NCBI GenBank assembly: GCA_021159055.1
Contig: JAGGSO010000091.1
Location: forward strand, 1-44,299
Length of the DNA: 44,299 nt
Direction of reading: 5' to 3'
Origin: Candidatus Bipolaricaulota bacterium
Lineage (GTDB): Bacteria; Bipolaricaulota; Bipolaricaulia; UBA7950; UBA9294
Shown: one piece after another, positions 44,201 through 44,299 of the stretch
Layout: every line of letters begins with the position of its first letter
Numbering within the stretch: the stretch's first letter is position 1
The notes under the pieces: model-generated
What the model was told of the DNA's origin: nothing
The model's database searches: none
What the model saw: only the letters and a program-made list of their open reading frames with translations
Made by a program: the position numbers and the translations under genes

Positions 44201-44229
44201 ACTTTAGCACGCGTTCCTCTGGTTGTCAA
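44201..44229 (-). promoter_or_regulatory. Sigma70-type promoter of the trpB2 leader
   Basis: On the minus strand, TTGACA (44229-44224) - 17 nt - TAAAGT (44206-44201). Confidence 0.55.
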
Positions 44230-44238
44230 GCAGTCGTT

Positions 44239-44252
44239 CTTGGTGCACCAAG
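44239..44252. promoter_or_regulatory. Perfect 14-bp palindrome CTTGGTGCACCAAG between divergent promoters (candidate operator)
   Basis: The sequence is its own reverse complement. It lies between the two divergent -35 boxes, 9 nt from each. Confidence 0.5.
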
Positions 44253-44261
44253 ATCGGCCTC

Positions 44262-44290
44262 TTGACAGAAGGAGTGATTCGTGCTATACT
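44262..44290 (+). promoter_or_regulatory. Near-consensus sigma70 promoter reading out of the right edge of the window
   Basis: TTGACA (44262-44267) - 17 nt - TATACT (44285-44290). The gene it drives lies outside the window. Confidence 0.55.
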
Positions 44291-44299
44291 ACGGTTAGC

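Overview
44.3-kb high-GC bacterial chromosomal segment. I saw no rRNA genes, CRISPR arrays, transposases or integrases. All calls come from reading the sequence and ORF track and from remembered family motifs; no searches were run. Left to right: the tail of a 2-oxoacid:ferredoxin oxidoreductase gamma subunit; a Nudix hydrolase translationally coupled to a truncated PEP/pyruvate-binding (PPDK_N) protein; an orphan MalK-type ABC ATPase; a tRNA-Ser(GCU)/tRNA-Arg(CCG) pair; a membrane-anchored Kelch propeller; a nucleoside hydrolase; an ArsB/NhaD-type permease; and GabT-like and class I aminotransferases. Next comes a lower-GC islet (about 10.1-13.9 kb). It holds an Arch_ATPase/DUF234-type AAA gene bracketed by two copies of a 34-bp nested-dyad element, a secreted beta-helix protein carrying a SecD P1-like insertion, and a RelE/AbrB toxin-antitoxin pair. 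A nine-gene, ten-activity aromatic amino acid operon follows on the minus strand (aroH-pheA-aroF-tyrA-aroA-aroE-aroC-aroKB-aroQ), joined almost entirely by overlapping stop/start codons. After it come an MFS transporter, a DUF554 protein, and a PfkB kinase / Fe3+-type ABC importer / Cof-HAD phosphatase cluster. Then a HEAT-SDR-Eis-like GNAT cluster, and a Moco-riboswitch-like leader in front of wtpABC-moaA-moaC-moaD-moaE-moeA-mog. The window ends with a polar amino acid ABC importer (SBP plus two permeases, no ATPase) and a stand-alone trpB2. The most interesting signals are regulatory or architectural. (1) The duplicated 34-bp operator-like element around the AAA ATPase gene. (2) The SecD-P1/beta-helix chimera. 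(3) Three candidate cognate-amino-acid leader ORFs: WW before trpB2, HFHAHH before the amino acid transporter, and FFW across a terminator before the aro operon. (4) A perfect 14-bp palindrome between divergent consensus promoters at the right edge.
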